From Myxococcota bacterium (GTDB lineage: Bacteria; Myxococcota_A; Polyangia; Polyangiales; Houyiibacteriaceae), in contig JBCCEA010000020.1 in the NCBI GenBank assembly GCA_039030515.1, positions 1 to 64,000 of the forward strand: a DNA stretch of 64,000 nucleotides, read 5' to 3'. Of the stretch, positions 34,138 through 43,913 are shown one piece after another (the first letter of the stretch is position 1; each line of letters starts with the position of its first letter). The notes beneath the pieces were generated by a model. That model was not told the DNA's origin. It made no database searches and saw only the letters and a program-made list of their open reading frames with translations. Made by a program: the position numbers and the translations under genes.

Positions 34138-35829
34138 ATGCTGCGATTTCATTACTCGTTGGCGGCAATGGCCGTCTTATTCATGCTGAAGCCCGTCACA
34201 GCCAGCGCCTGTGGGGGCTTCTTTTGCAACAACTCTGCGCCCGTCAATCAGGCGGCAGAGCGGATCCTGTTTCACGTGGGGGCCGACGGTACGGTCACCG
34301 CGGTGATCCAGATTCAGTACGAGGGACCGTCAGAGAGTTTCGCTTGGGTTCTGCCGGTCTCCGGAACCCCCGAAGTCGCCGTTTCTTCGGATCAGATTTT
34401 CACGAGACTGCAAAATGCCACCAATCCGCAGTACACCGTCGTGAGAACGATCGAAGGCGACTGCGACGACGATGCGCGAACCTTCGCGGGCGGCGCCGAT
34501 TCCGGCACTGCTTTTGAAGGCGATGAAAACGGTGCGCCCGGAGTGAACGTCGAAGCGTCCGGCAGCGTCGGCCCCTACGACTTCGCGGTCATTTCGGTGG
34601 ATCCTGCACTTACAAACGCAGCCGATGTCGCTATCGAATGGCTAAGCGACGAGGGCTACGACCTCAGCGCGATCACGGGTGATGTTCTTGGTCCGTATCT
34701 CGAAAGCGGCCTCAATCTCATCGCTTTTCGGCTCACCAAAGGCAGTGAAGCCGACGCAGGTTCGATCAGGCCGATCATGCTCACTTTTGGTCAAGGCCTA
34801 CCGTCGATTCCGCTCCGGCCCACGGCAGTCGCTGCAGACCCAAACATGGGCGTGCTCGTGTGGACTTTGGGCCCCGCGCGCGCGATTCCTGTAAATTACC
34901 GTTCACTAGAACTTAATGAAGCACTCATTAACTGGCTCAACCCGGGACCGACCTACAACGCAGTCGTCACCGCAGCCGCTGATGAAGCCGGTGGACAAGG
35001 GTTCGTAACCGAGATGGCTGGGTCCGTTCGGGACGTGGCTGACGCTGTGTTTCCGGGAATCGAAACCGCAGCACTGGAGCAAGCGCGTGGCCAAGCGGGC
35101 AGCGATGCCGACAACGCGTCCATCGTCTCGGAACTGCTTGCCGCACTTGCGGGTGCGGACGGGCTGCTAGATGCCGTGGAGTCGTCGATTCCTCTCGCTG
35201 AAGGCGTATCCGCAGGCGATTTGGTGGGGTGCCCTTTTTGCACATCAGACTTCATCGATCAGTCCGCAGATTTTGATCTCGATGCGTTTTTGAACGAGGT
35301 GGAAGTGCGGGTCGTCGCGCCGGTAGAGGACACCGCAACCCTGTTCGAAGAACAGCTCTATCTGACACGACTCTATACGACAATGTCCCCCGCGGACATG
35401 ACGCTCGACCCGAGCTTCGACTTCAACGCAGAGCTGGGCGACTACTCGAACCTCCACACCGCGACACAGTTCATCGAGTGCGGTCCCGGAGTCTCTCAAT
35501 TTGACGCAAGCTGGCGCATGGACATCCCTGGAGCGGACACGATCCGCGGAGTGGGGGCCCAGTGGCCTTTCGACATCAGCTCGAGCGACCAACCCGCAAA
35601 CGCTCGCATCCTGCGCGTAGGCACCACCGGAAACGGAGAGGTGATCGAAGACAACACCGCGGTGATTCAGCAGGCGGTATCGGAACACAACCAGGACGTA
35701 GGACCGACCGGGTCACTCTCTGGGGGCGGATGCTCAGTCGTCCATTCAAGCCAGGATGCCACAACGCTTGGAGCCTTGATCGCATTTGCGGTCTGGTTCG
35801 CTAGACGTCGCCGATTCCACAAGGCATGA
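34138..35829 (+). CDS. DUF2330 domain protein with MYXO-CTERM-like tail
   Basis: Signal peptide then ACGGFFC..PVNQAAERILF, IQYEG..FAWVLPV, IPLRPTAVAA; C-terminal GGGCSV + TM + RRRR. Confidence 0.85.
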   Translation: MLRFHYSLAAMAVLFMLKPVTASACGGFFCNNSAPVNQAAERILFHVGADGTVTAVIQIQYEGPSESFAWVLPVSGTPEVAVSSDQIFTRLQNATNPQYTVVRTIEGDCDDDARTFAGGADSGTAFEGDENGAPGVNVEASGSVGPYDFAVISVDPALTNAADVAIEWLSDEGYDLSAITGDVLGPYLESGLNLIAFRLTKGSEADAGSIRPIMLTFGQGLPSIPLRPTAVAADPNMGVLVWTLGPARAIPVNYRSLELNEALINWLNPGPTYNAVVTAAADEAGGQGFVTEMAGSVRDVADAVFPGIETAALEQARGQAGSDADNASIVSELLAALAGADGLLDAVESSIPLAEGVSAGDLVGCPFCTSDFIDQSADFDLDAFLNEVEVRVVAPVEDTATLFEEQLYLTRLYTTMSPADMTLDPSFDFNAELGDYSNLHTATQFIECGPGVSQFDASWRMDIPGADTIRGVGAQWPFDISSSDQPANARILRVGTTGNGEVIEDNTAVIQQAVSEHNQDVGPTGSLSGGGCSVVHSSQDATTLGALIAFAVWFARRRRFHKA

Positions 35830-36317
35830 ACTTTCGCTGCTCGATATTCGGCGCATCATGGTTCGCATTCACTGCAGTGCTCAGCGCTTGCGGCGAATCC
35901 AGCAGCTCGAACCTGATGCTCGAAGTGGGCACTGGAACCTCAAGATTCGAAACCATTGAAGAGGGTGAGGTCGTCGATCTAACTCGAGGGTCCCAGGGAG
36001 GCTGGCATATCTGGGTCAGCTTTCGGGTGACCGGCTTGATGGCAGACAACGCCGCCATCACCCTTACCAGGCAACTCGCGTCGGAGGAGGAGCCGGAATC
36101 CGTATCCCGCGTTCCGGCTCGCTTCGACCCGGAAGATTCAGAGGGTAGAAGGGCGGCACTCGGCTGGCCCTCGGTCGTCGTAGCCCCTGAGTGCAAGGTC
36201 GGCGAGCTCATGCGATTTCACGCGGTCATGGAACTGCAGGGAAGAGAGGTGACGTCAGAGCGCTTCTTCGAACTGGGTCCAGGCAACTTCCCGCCCCCTT
36301 CCTGCGAGACGCCCTGA
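35826..36317 (+). CDS. Hypothetical lipoprotein
   Basis: Lipobox LSAC; LEVGTG...GSQGGWHIW; ATGA overlap with the DUF2330 gene. Confidence 0.7.
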   Translation: MNFRCSIFGASWFAFTAVLSACGESSSSNLMLEVGTGTSRFETIEEGEVVDLTRGSQGGWHIWVSFRVTGLMADNAAITLTRQLASEEEPESVSRVPARFDPEDSEGRRAALGWPSVVVAPECKVGELMRFHAVMELQGREVTSERFFELGPGNFPPPSCETP

Positions 36318-36327
36318 ATGCCGATAG

Positions 36328-36741
36328 CTACTTCGTCTCGGACACCGTTCGAACCAGCGCGATTCCCACAGTTCTGAGGCACTCCTGAATCGGCTCCGAA
36401 TCGATGTTCGCCTGCAAATACGAAGCGAGTGCCGGCTCGTTCTCGTGAAACCAAAGCAGGGAATCCTCAACGCGGCAGGCCGAATCGAGATCCTCAAAGT
36501 CCACAACCCCCACTTCACGGCCGAAGCCTTCGCGCAAGCACTCGACGATTACCTCAGCATGAAAGACAGCGTGCATCAGCTGTGCGGGCCCTTCTTGCTC
36601 GAGCCTGAGAGACAGGTAGCGACTGGCGTGCGGTTGTGATTCGATGAAGTGGGCGACGGCGAGCTGCGTATAGCTCGGATCGGCCAGACGATTTGAGATT
36701 TCGCTTATCTTAGCCGCCACTCCAGCTTCCGAAATGGGCAT
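36328..36741 (-). CDS. Hypothetical protein
   Basis: 137-aa ORF with normal composition (F..SQP..SRYL, EPALASY); convergent with the preceding gene. Confidence 0.65.
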   Translation of the reverse strand: MPISEAGVAAKISEISNRLADPSYTQLAVAHFIESQPHASRYLSLRLEQEGPAQLMHAVFHAEVIVECLREGFGREVGVVDFEDLDSACRVEDSLLWFHENEPALASYLQANIDSEPIQECLRTVGIALVRTVSETK

Positions 36742-36828
36742 GACTCAAACGCTACCCCAGCCATGCACCGGACACCATCCCCCAAAATGCAAGTGTACTT
36801 GTGAACCTTCAAGCTCCTCCTGTGCTTC

Positions 36829-37155
36829 CGGGGCGCTAGCTGTTTCGACCAACCTAAGCCCGCTGGGAGGTGGTGATGGCCGTTCAAACCCATCGAGACG
36901 CGCTCCAGCGGGTCTAGGTTGGTTCAAACAGCCAGCGCCCCCGTGGCGAGGAGGAGGAGGGTACTTAAGGTACCTAACGACGACGAGCGAAGAGGAAAGC
37001 AGCTGTTTGGGCCGTCTCAGCGACCACCCCCCAGGGGGTTTAGGTTGGTTCAAACAGCCAGCGCCCCCGTGGCGAGGAGGAGGAGGGTACTTAAGGTACC
37101 TGACGACGACGAGCGAGGCGGAAAGCGGCTGTTTGGGCCGACATAGACCCCCTGG
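36829..37155 (+). repeat. Cluster of structured intergenic repeats: two tandem hairpin units (126-bp period) plus an inverted partial copy
   Basis: Units at about 36911-37025 and 37031-37155 are near-identical; 36829-36866 is the imperfect reverse complement of 36905-36942. Confidence 0.85.
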
Positions 37156-37237
37156 GAGTGATTTCAGATGCGCATGGACCAAGCCTCATGCATCTTTCGC
37201 CGCTCAGTGATCCTGTTGACGCCGAAAGGTCTGCCGT

Positions 37238-38734
37238 ATGAACGGAACTCGGAGCCGAACCCACACCGGCGATAGCACAGACAACCAAACCACGAACAGC
37301 GACGCAACCATCGGGCAAACTTCCTTGACGCCAGAATGGATCGAGCGCGTTGGGATCATGAACGACTACGTGAGCATTCCCTATGCAAACGGATCTTCAT
37401 TTGCCTCTCAGTTTTTGTATCGAGAACTCGAATCGAGAGGACATCAGGTGACCGTGGTGGGTCCCGCAGACCCCGACGCGACCGCAAAGACCCTCCCGCC
37501 GCGTCATGTAAGCCTCGCCTCGCTTCCCCTGCGAAACCATCCTGGCGTACATCTGCCGATGCCGAGTCGCCGAGGGCTCGCCGAACTCGCAAATCAGAAA
37601 TTCGACCTAGTACTCGGTCAGACCTGTACCGCGTTGATGGACGTCGGCGTTTGGCTGCGACAAATCCAGAGGATACCGCTCGTGTTGGTCAATACGGTGC
37701 ACCTACCGAGTGTGTACAACACGCTACTTCCAGAGGCGCTCAACCGAAGCGAGCAGGTCCACTCACTTTTCCAGAGCAGATTGATACCCTGGGTCGAAGG
37801 CCAAACAGTCGATATCTACAATCGAGGAGACGGTCTGATCGTGCTCTCTCCAGGATTGAAAACCTACTGGAGAGATCGGGGAGTGACCGTTCCCATTCAC
37901 GTCATCGGACGTGCCGTGGAACCCAAGATCTTTGACCGGCCTGCCGGGGCAGATCCCTACCCCTCTGGAGCCCAGAAAGGGGGTCGTCTTTTGGTTGTTT
38001 GTCGGCATGTCCGCGAAAAAAGCGTGAGTCGACTGCTGAAGACGTTCGCTCGGTACGTAAGCCCCCGTCACCCCGAAGCCAGCCTCACTCTAGTCGGCGA
38101 CGGTCCCGACCATGAGCAGTTTATCTCGGAGGCCGCCAAGCTTGGAATCGAGGAGCGCACGTTTTTTGTCGGCGAACAGTCTCAGACCGACATCATGGAG
38201 TACTACGCCCACGGAGACTTATTCGTCTACACCTCCCTTTCGGAAACTTATGGACAAGTGGTCACCGAAGCACTGTGGTGCGGCATGCCGGTAGTCGCTT
38301 TTCACGACGGGATGGGGGTTTCCGGACAGATCGCGTCAGGCGAGGATGGCGAACTGATCGACCCCAGCCGAGGGCAAGATTCAGATGAGGAGTTTGGTTC
38401 GAAAGTAGCTGCGCTCCTGGGCGACGTGGCTCGTCGTCAGTCGTTTGCCGCGGAGGCGAAGAGGCGGGCGCGGCTCAGAGCCAATCCTGAGATGTGCATC
38501 CAGCGCTACTATGAAGCGTTTGAAGAAGCACGCATGCACCTCGGCCAAGCGGGGCCGAAGGGCTCACAGTCCTCTCGTTCAAAAGAGCCCTCTGCGTCGA
38601 AACTGAAGCCACTCGTTCCCCTCGCACGAATGGCCGGACTGCATTCATTGGTGCTGGCCCTGGGGCTGATTCGTCCACCTGCTCGAGTGAACCGCAACGG
38701 CAGCGCAACTCCAAGCTGGACGCTTTCGGTCTGA
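37238..38734 (+). CDS. Glycosyltransferase family 4
   Basis: RHVREKS, VGDGP, FVYTSLSETYGQVVTEALWCGMPVVA (EX7E motif). Confidence 0.9.
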   Translation: MNGTRSRTHTGDSTDNQTTNSDATIGQTSLTPEWIERVGIMNDYVSIPYANGSSFASQFLYRELESRGHQVTVVGPADPDATAKTLPPRHVSLASLPLRNHPGVHLPMPSRRGLAELANQKFDLVLGQTCTALMDVGVWLRQIQRIPLVLVNTVHLPSVYNTLLPEALNRSEQVHSLFQSRLIPWVEGQTVDIYNRGDGLIVLSPGLKTYWRDRGVTVPIHVIGRAVEPKIFDRPAGADPYPSGAQKGGRLLVVCRHVREKSVSRLLKTFARYVSPRHPEASLTLVGDGPDHEQFISEAAKLGIEERTFFVGEQSQTDIMEYYAHGDLFVYTSLSETYGQVVTEALWCGMPVVAFHDGMGVSGQIASGEDGELIDPSRGQDSDEEFGSKVAALLGDVARRQSFAAEAKRRARLRANPEMCIQRYYEAFEEARMHLGQAGPKGSQSSRSKEPSASKLKPLVPLARMAGLHSLVLALGLIRPPARVNRNGSATPSWTLSV

Positions 38735-38828
38735 TAAGAGGTCGCGTGGCTCTTGTCGCTGCCGAAACTCGGTGCCGCGGCAAGAGCCACACCGCTCGGA
38801 CAAAGTCACTATCTCAGCAGAAAAGACG

Positions 38829-39839
38829 CTAGCGCGTCTGCAGCATCGACGAGATGACGTACGCAAAAACCAGGGGAGCCACGATTGTGGCGTCTGATTC
38901 GATGATGAACTTCGGGGTCTCGGTGCCGAGCTTGCCCCAGGTGATCTTCTCATTGGGGACAGCGCCACTGTAGCCACCATAGCTCGTGCTGCTTTCAGAA
39001 ATCTGGCAGAAATACGACCATAGGGGCGCGGTTCGTCCGAGATCTTGATGAAGCATCGGCACGACACAGATCGGAAAGTCACCCGCGATACCGCCACCGA
39101 TCTGGAAAAAACCGAGCGGAGTCTGCGGCGCGGTGTGCTCGTACCACGAGGCGAGCTCTTTCATGGCGTGCAGCCCGCCCTTGATCACTCGATTGAGGTC
39201 TTTCAAGTCGCCCCGTATGTGCGCCGCAACGCACATATTCCCCAAAGTGGAATCTTCCCAGCCCGGTACATACACGGGCAAATCACGCTCTGCTGCGGCC
39301 ACGAGCCAAGAGTCCTGAGGGTCGACCTGATACTCTTTTTGCAGGACGCCAGAGCGGATCAGCTCGTACAGATACTCGTGAGGAAACCGAGGCGCTGCCT
39401 CAGCATCGGCGATCTTCCACAGCTTGATCACCTCATTTTCGACGCGGCGCATCGCTTCGTGTTCTGGAATGCAGGTGTCGGTCACGCGATTGAGACGGCG
39501 TTCGAGCAGTGCCTGCTCGTCTTTCGCACTGAGCGCACGCCACTCGGCGATACGCACATAGTGGTCATGTGCCACTAGATTGAACAGGTCTTCCTCAAGA
39601 TTGGCGCCAGTACAGGTGAGCGCGTGAACCGCACCCGCCCGGATCAGCTCAGCGAGAGACAGACCGAGTTCCGCCGTGCTCATCGCTCCGGCCAGGGTCA
39701 CCATCATCTGCCCTCCCGACCTTAGGTGTGCCGCCCACGCCCGCGCAGCGTCGACAAGTGCGGCCGCATTGAAGTGGCGGTAGTGACGGTCCAGGAACCT
39801 TTGGACCGAGTGCACATCGTTCGCGTCATGTGAAGTCAT
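38829..39839 (-). CDS. Deoxyhypusine synthase family protein
   Basis: HFNAA, TLAGAMSTAELG, CTGANLEED, NRVTDTCIPE, QIGGGIAGDF, YSGAVPNEKITWGK, ESDATIVAP. Confidence 0.92.
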   Translation of the reverse strand: MTSHDANDVHSVQRFLDRHYRHFNAAALVDAARAWAAHLRSGGQMMVTLAGAMSTAELGLSLAELIRAGAVHALTCTGANLEEDLFNLVAHDHYVRIAEWRALSAKDEQALLERRLNRVTDTCIPEHEAMRRVENEVIKLWKIADAEAAPRFPHEYLYELIRSGVLQKEYQVDPQDSWLVAAAERDLPVYVPGWEDSTLGNMCVAAHIRGDLKDLNRVIKGGLHAMKELASWYEHTAPQTPLGFFQIGGGIAGDFPICVVPMLHQDLGRTAPLWSYFCQISESSTSYGGYSGAVPNEKITWGKLGTETPKFIIESDATIVAPLVFAYVISSMLQTR

Positions 39840-40026
39840 GGCGTCCAGTCCTTAGGGGTGAAATTGCTCGTGTCAATCCAAGCTCGGCTGAGCGAGGTCC
39901 ACTCAAGCGAAGCATGCATCCCGGCACCTCAGGCCACGCTCCGAGATGCCGAGCCAAAAGCCCAAGCGGATTTAAGCCGCTTTCGAAACGATGGACAGCC
40001 GCCTGTGATGAGCGCAGAATTGTAAA

Positions 40027-41085
40027 ATGGGAGAGAAATGGACTCCAGTAAACGATCCGTGCTGGCTAGCTTTTAAGGAGAAACACGGTCGAGGTGAGGC
40101 CGAACGAACACTCGACAACCCTCCTTCGGAGCTCTCGTTTGACTACGAGCGTCGTGATAAGGGGACCGGTGAATATTTGTTCGATTTCGAAAGGCCAGAG
40201 CATACCTACATAGCGACAAATGAGAACTTTATCTCAGAAGCTAGAGCAATCTTACATAATCAACTCCCATCCGGAAACTCTGGACTCTATCTCTCGGTCA
40301 GGGCCGAGCGCGGGTTACAGGGGGCTTATCTGGCAGGAGCAAAGGGTCTATTGCTCATCAACGCAACCCCGGTCGAATACTTATTCAACAAGGTTAATCT
40401 GGAACTCTTTCGCATGGCCCGCAACCTTAAGGACTACAAGGACCTACGAAGGAACCCGGACAACGTGACTGCGCGTTTTTCGCAAGACGCATCAGATTAT
40501 GTCAAGAGGCTAATCAAATTCGCGACCGAATCACAACCTATCGCGCGCAAATCGATTAAATTCTGGGATTCCTATGCCAACTCGCCTGAAATGCATCGTT
40601 TAGCAGAAGCTCAAAATGCAGCACAAACAACTGGCTTAGGCACTCACTACCTAAACAACGAACGTGCTTTTAATTACCTGAAACGTCTTGTGAACCGACG
40701 GCAAATAGGAGTGGTTAGCCTGTACCTCGGGCACACCATGTTGGTTCGTGTTCTGGCCAATTGGTTAAGACATTTTCCGGACAAAGTCAGCGTACTCGAT
40801 ATCGAAACCGCCTGGATGTTTCGGCACACGGGTGTAGAGTTCGCCGCATGTCTCGATGAACTAAAACCCTGTTTCGGACCTCGAACGATAATGCTCGCCG
40901 ACCACGACCAAGAGAGGTGCCGTTACGAAGGCTGGAAAAAGGTTTATGAGGACGTCAGACACTGCGTATCATACGCTATAGACCCCCATACACCCGGAGA
41001 CGAGCTTGTGCATCGCATGCGGGGACTTCAAACGCGTGGGCCGATCTATTACCCGTTCTTGAACCGAGGACGCCGGAGGAGCTGA
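40027..41085 (+). CDS. Hypothetical protein in a visibly AT-richer segment
   Basis: 352-aa ORF with no confidently recognised motif; composition differs from its neighbours. Confidence 0.65.
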   Translation: MGEKWTPVNDPCWLAFKEKHGRGEAERTLDNPPSELSFDYERRDKGTGEYLFDFERPEHTYIATNENFISEARAILHNQLPSGNSGLYLSVRAERGLQGAYLAGAKGLLLINATPVEYLFNKVNLELFRMARNLKDYKDLRRNPDNVTARFSQDASDYVKRLIKFATESQPIARKSIKFWDSYANSPEMHRLAEAQNAAQTTGLGTHYLNNERAFNYLKRLVNRRQIGVVSLYLGHTMLVRVLANWLRHFPDKVSVLDIETAWMFRHTGVEFAACLDELKPCFGPRTIMLADHDQERCRYEGWKKVYEDVRHCVSYAIDPHTPGDELVHRMRGLQTRGPIYYPFLNRGRRRS

Positions 41086-41090
41086 GCTCG

Positions 41091-42527
41091 CTAGACCATA
41101 CGAGACGGCGGCACCGATGGGTTGAGGGACTGCTCCGTAGCGGAGGCGAGTCGGAAGCGCACGGTCGTTCCGGCTCCGAGCGCGGACGTGATCTCGAGCG
41201 TGCCTCCGTGCTGCTCGATGATGCGCTTGCAAAGGGGCAATCCCATTCCCAAACCGGGATAGGTTCCCGGTCGATGAAGCTGTTTGAAGAGAGAGAGCGC
41301 CCTCGTCGCCTCAGTTTGAGGAAATCCAATCCCGTTGTCGGCAACGGAGATCTGCCAAAAAGGCCCGTCTTTTTGAGCAGACACGCGTACCTGAAGCAGC
41401 AACTCACTCTGGAACTTGAGTGAATTGCTGATGAGCGTTCGAAAGGCTTCTTTCAATAGACGCCGGTCGCCGCGGACGCAGGGGAGCCTATCAAACTCAA
41501 TTCGCTGTCCATCGAGCTCCCCCTGGAACTCGCTCCATACTTCGGTCACGACCCGCTCCAAATCGATCGACTCAGAACGCACCTCTTCGCTCACCGAAGC
41601 ATAGCGATGCATCGCCGCGACGAGGTGGTTCATGCGCACGGCGTGAACCGAGAGTCTACCGAGCACGTCTTCGGCCTCGGGACTCCAGTTGGTACCGCCA
41701 TCCTCCTTGAGCAGCTGCACCAAACCGAGCGCCGTGCGGAGCGGGGCCTGCAAATCGTGAGCTGCCGCGTATGCGAAACGCTCGAGCTCGCGGTTCCGCT
41801 CTCTCAGCCATCGATCTCGCTCGGTAACGTCCTGAAACACGCCAAATATGCCGACCACTTCTCCAGAAACCACCTCGGGATAACCGATCGAGTGCACTTG
41901 GCGTTCGGCGCCGTCAGCTCGAATCAGGCGCAGCCGGAAATCAAAAGGCAGCTGATTCTGAACGGCAGCCTCCACGCTATTCGAGACAAACTGACGATCC
42001 TCAGGATGGTAGAATTCGATAGCTGTTTGCACGTCTGGAAAAAAAACTCTGGAATCCGTACCGTGAATGCGGTGCACCTGGCTAGACCAGTGCACCGCAT
42101 TGCTCACGAGGTCTACGTGCCAGTGCCCTACTTGTGCCAAGACCTCTGCACTCTCAAGCCACTGATTTTGACGATCTAGAGCTCGCTTGGTCTCGTGCGC
42201 CTCGGTCACATCTCGAACACTGCAGTAGAGATACCCGCTACTGAGTCGCATATTCCACTGCAGTCGTCTGTAGGACCGGTCAGCGTGCTCAAAGCGGCTG
42301 ACGAAACAGATGGTCGTATTGTTTGACGAAAGCCGAGAAAGCTCAGCTTGAGTGAAGCCAACATCCTCAGCATGAACGCGATCGAGAAGCGAGAGCGACT
42401 CGAGTACTTCGAGCTCCCAACCGAGTAGCTCGGTCCAGGCCTCGTTCAGCCAACAGAAGTTTCCGTTGGGTAAAGCAATGCACAAAGGCTCACTCGAGAA
42501 TCGTGCCAAGAGCTCGAAGTCCATCAC
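41091..42527 (-). CDS. Cytoplasmic PAS-PAS sensor histidine kinase
   Basis: Two PAS/PAC segments; FAYAAAHDLQAPLR, DNGIG, GLGMGLPLCKRI. Confidence 0.9.
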   Translation of the reverse strand: MMDFELLARFSSEPLCIALPNGNFCWLNEAWTELLGWELEVLESLSLLDRVHAEDVGFTQAELSRLSSNNTTICFVSRFEHADRSYRRLQWNMRLSSGYLYCSVRDVTEAHETKRALDRQNQWLESAEVLAQVGHWHVDLVSNAVHWSSQVHRIHGTDSRVFFPDVQTAIEFYHPEDRQFVSNSVEAAVQNQLPFDFRLRLIRADGAERQVHSIGYPEVVSGEVVGIFGVFQDVTERDRWLRERNRELERFAYAAAHDLQAPLRTALGLVQLLKEDGGTNWSPEAEDVLGRLSVHAVRMNHLVAAMHRYASVSEEVRSESIDLERVVTEVWSEFQGELDGQRIEFDRLPCVRGDRRLLKEAFRTLISNSLKFQSELLLQVRVSAQKDGPFWQISVADNGIGFPQTEATRALSLFKQLHRPGTYPGLGMGLPLCKRIIEQHGGTLEITSALGAGTTVRFRLASATEQSLNPSVPPSRMV

Positions 42528-42671
42528 AACCGCCTAAACAAGCTTATGAATCTCGATACTGACAATCGTTTTCAGAACTCCTGGGGTTCATCGTAACTGT
42601 TTTCTGCCGATCTTTCGAAGAGCGTCGTCACCGAAAAACGATGTTTCTTTTATGAAACCTTATGGTAACCG

Positions 42672-43913
42672 ATGAATCAGCGTACATCTAGCTCGTTGGA
42701 GTCAGGCGCGAGTCGAGTCTCACACTCGAAACTACGCTCTACCGATCGCTCGGAACACTACCTCAAGGTAGAGCTGGACACGCTAGTTCAGCGCGACGCA
42801 TCGATCTTTGAGTTCATTCAGGCGGGTTCTCTCGACGGGATTTGGTATTGGGACCTCGAGCATAAAGAGCATGAATGGATGAGTCCTCGGTTCAAAGAGG
42901 TCTTTGGCTTCGAAGATCATGAAATGGCCAATACCCCACAATGGTGGCAGGACAACATCCATCCAGAGGATTTGCAAACAGCGTTAAAGAACTTTGAAGC
43001 ACACTGCGCCGATCCGGAATGTCCATACGACCAGGTCGTGCGATACCGCCACAGAGACGGTTCGACCAAGTGGATCCGCTGCAGAGGCATCGTCCTTCGC
43101 AGTGCGACAGGTGTGCCTGTTCGCATGCTGGGAGCCCACACCGACCTCACAGAGCAGAAGCGAGTCGAACAGGAACTACGTAGTGCCAACGAGAAGCTCA
43201 AGCGGTCCAACGACGACCTACAAGCATTTGCCTATGCGGTGAGCCACGATCTTCTCGGACCCCTCCGAACCATCGTCGGACTGACCTCACTTCTCAGGGA
43301 AGACCTCGAGGGGGAACCAAATCCCGACATCGCTACATACCTTTGTCGAATCGATACCACTTCCGAACGACTTCGAACCTGCAGCCGTGAACTCCTCCGA
43401 TATGCAAGATTGGACGCAGATTCTGAGCCGCTCCTCGTCGTGGATCTCCAGCACTTGGTTGAGGAGGTGCTCGAGTCGCTCGACACCAACATCCAGGAAG
43501 CTGAGGCGACGATCGAATGCCGTCAGTTGCCGATGGTGATGGGTTATCCAGCACAGCTGGCATCGCTCTTTTCAAATCTAATCGGAAACGCACTCAAATT
43601 TCGAGGCGATGCTCCTGCCCGAATCCAGATCGGCTCCCGCCACCTTGAAACCGAACCCTCGCAAGTCGAAATTCGAGTCGCTGACGAAGGGATCGGGTTT
43701 TCCGGACAACACGCGAACCAAATCTTCGAACTCTTTCGCCAGCTAAAACAGGACCTTGAAGGCGGCGTCGGGATGGGTCTTGCACTATGCAAGCGAATTG
43801 TATCCCGCCACGGCGGTGAGATTCGCGCGGAATCTGAGCTCGGCAAAGGATCCTGCTTTATATTCACGCTTCCTGCAAAAGAACCTCTGAACATGAGCCC
43901 GAAGGCACCGTGA
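42672..43913 (+). CDS. Cytoplasmic PAS sensor histidine kinase
   Basis: DGIWYWD...IHPED...RYRHRDG PAS; FAYAVSHDLLGPLR, NLIGNALKF, DEGIG, GMGLALCKRI. Confidence 0.92.
   Translation: MNQRTSSSLESGASRVSHSKLRSTDRSEHYLKVELDTLVQRDASIFEFIQAGSLDGIWYWDLEHKEHEWMSPRFKEVFGFEDHEMANTPQWWQDNIHPEDLQTALKNFEAHCADPECPYDQVVRYRHRDGSTKWIRCRGIVLRSATGVPVRMLGAHTDLTEQKRVEQELRSANEKLKRSNDDLQAFAYAVSHDLLGPLRTIVGLTSLLREDLEGEPNPDIATYLCRIDTTSERLRTCSRELLRYARLDADSEPLLVVDLQHLVEEVLESLDTNIQEAEATIECRQLPMVMGYPAQLASLFSNLIGNALKFRGDAPARIQIGSRHLETEPSQVEIRVADEGIGFSGQHANQIFELFRQLKQDLEGGVGMGLALCKRIVSRHGGEIRAESELGKGSCFIFTLPAKEPLNMSPKAP

Noticed and set aside
36911..37155. CRISPR array
   Set aside because: Units are ~125 bp with no unique spacers, there are only two copies, and no cas genes are present. 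The 17-bp tandem at 17716 also lacks spacers.
36734..37210. Overlapping ORFs with duplicated peptide (GLGWFKQPAPPWRGGGGYLRY)
   Set aside because: They are translations of the 126-bp non-coding repeat, open on both strands because the period is a multiple of three.
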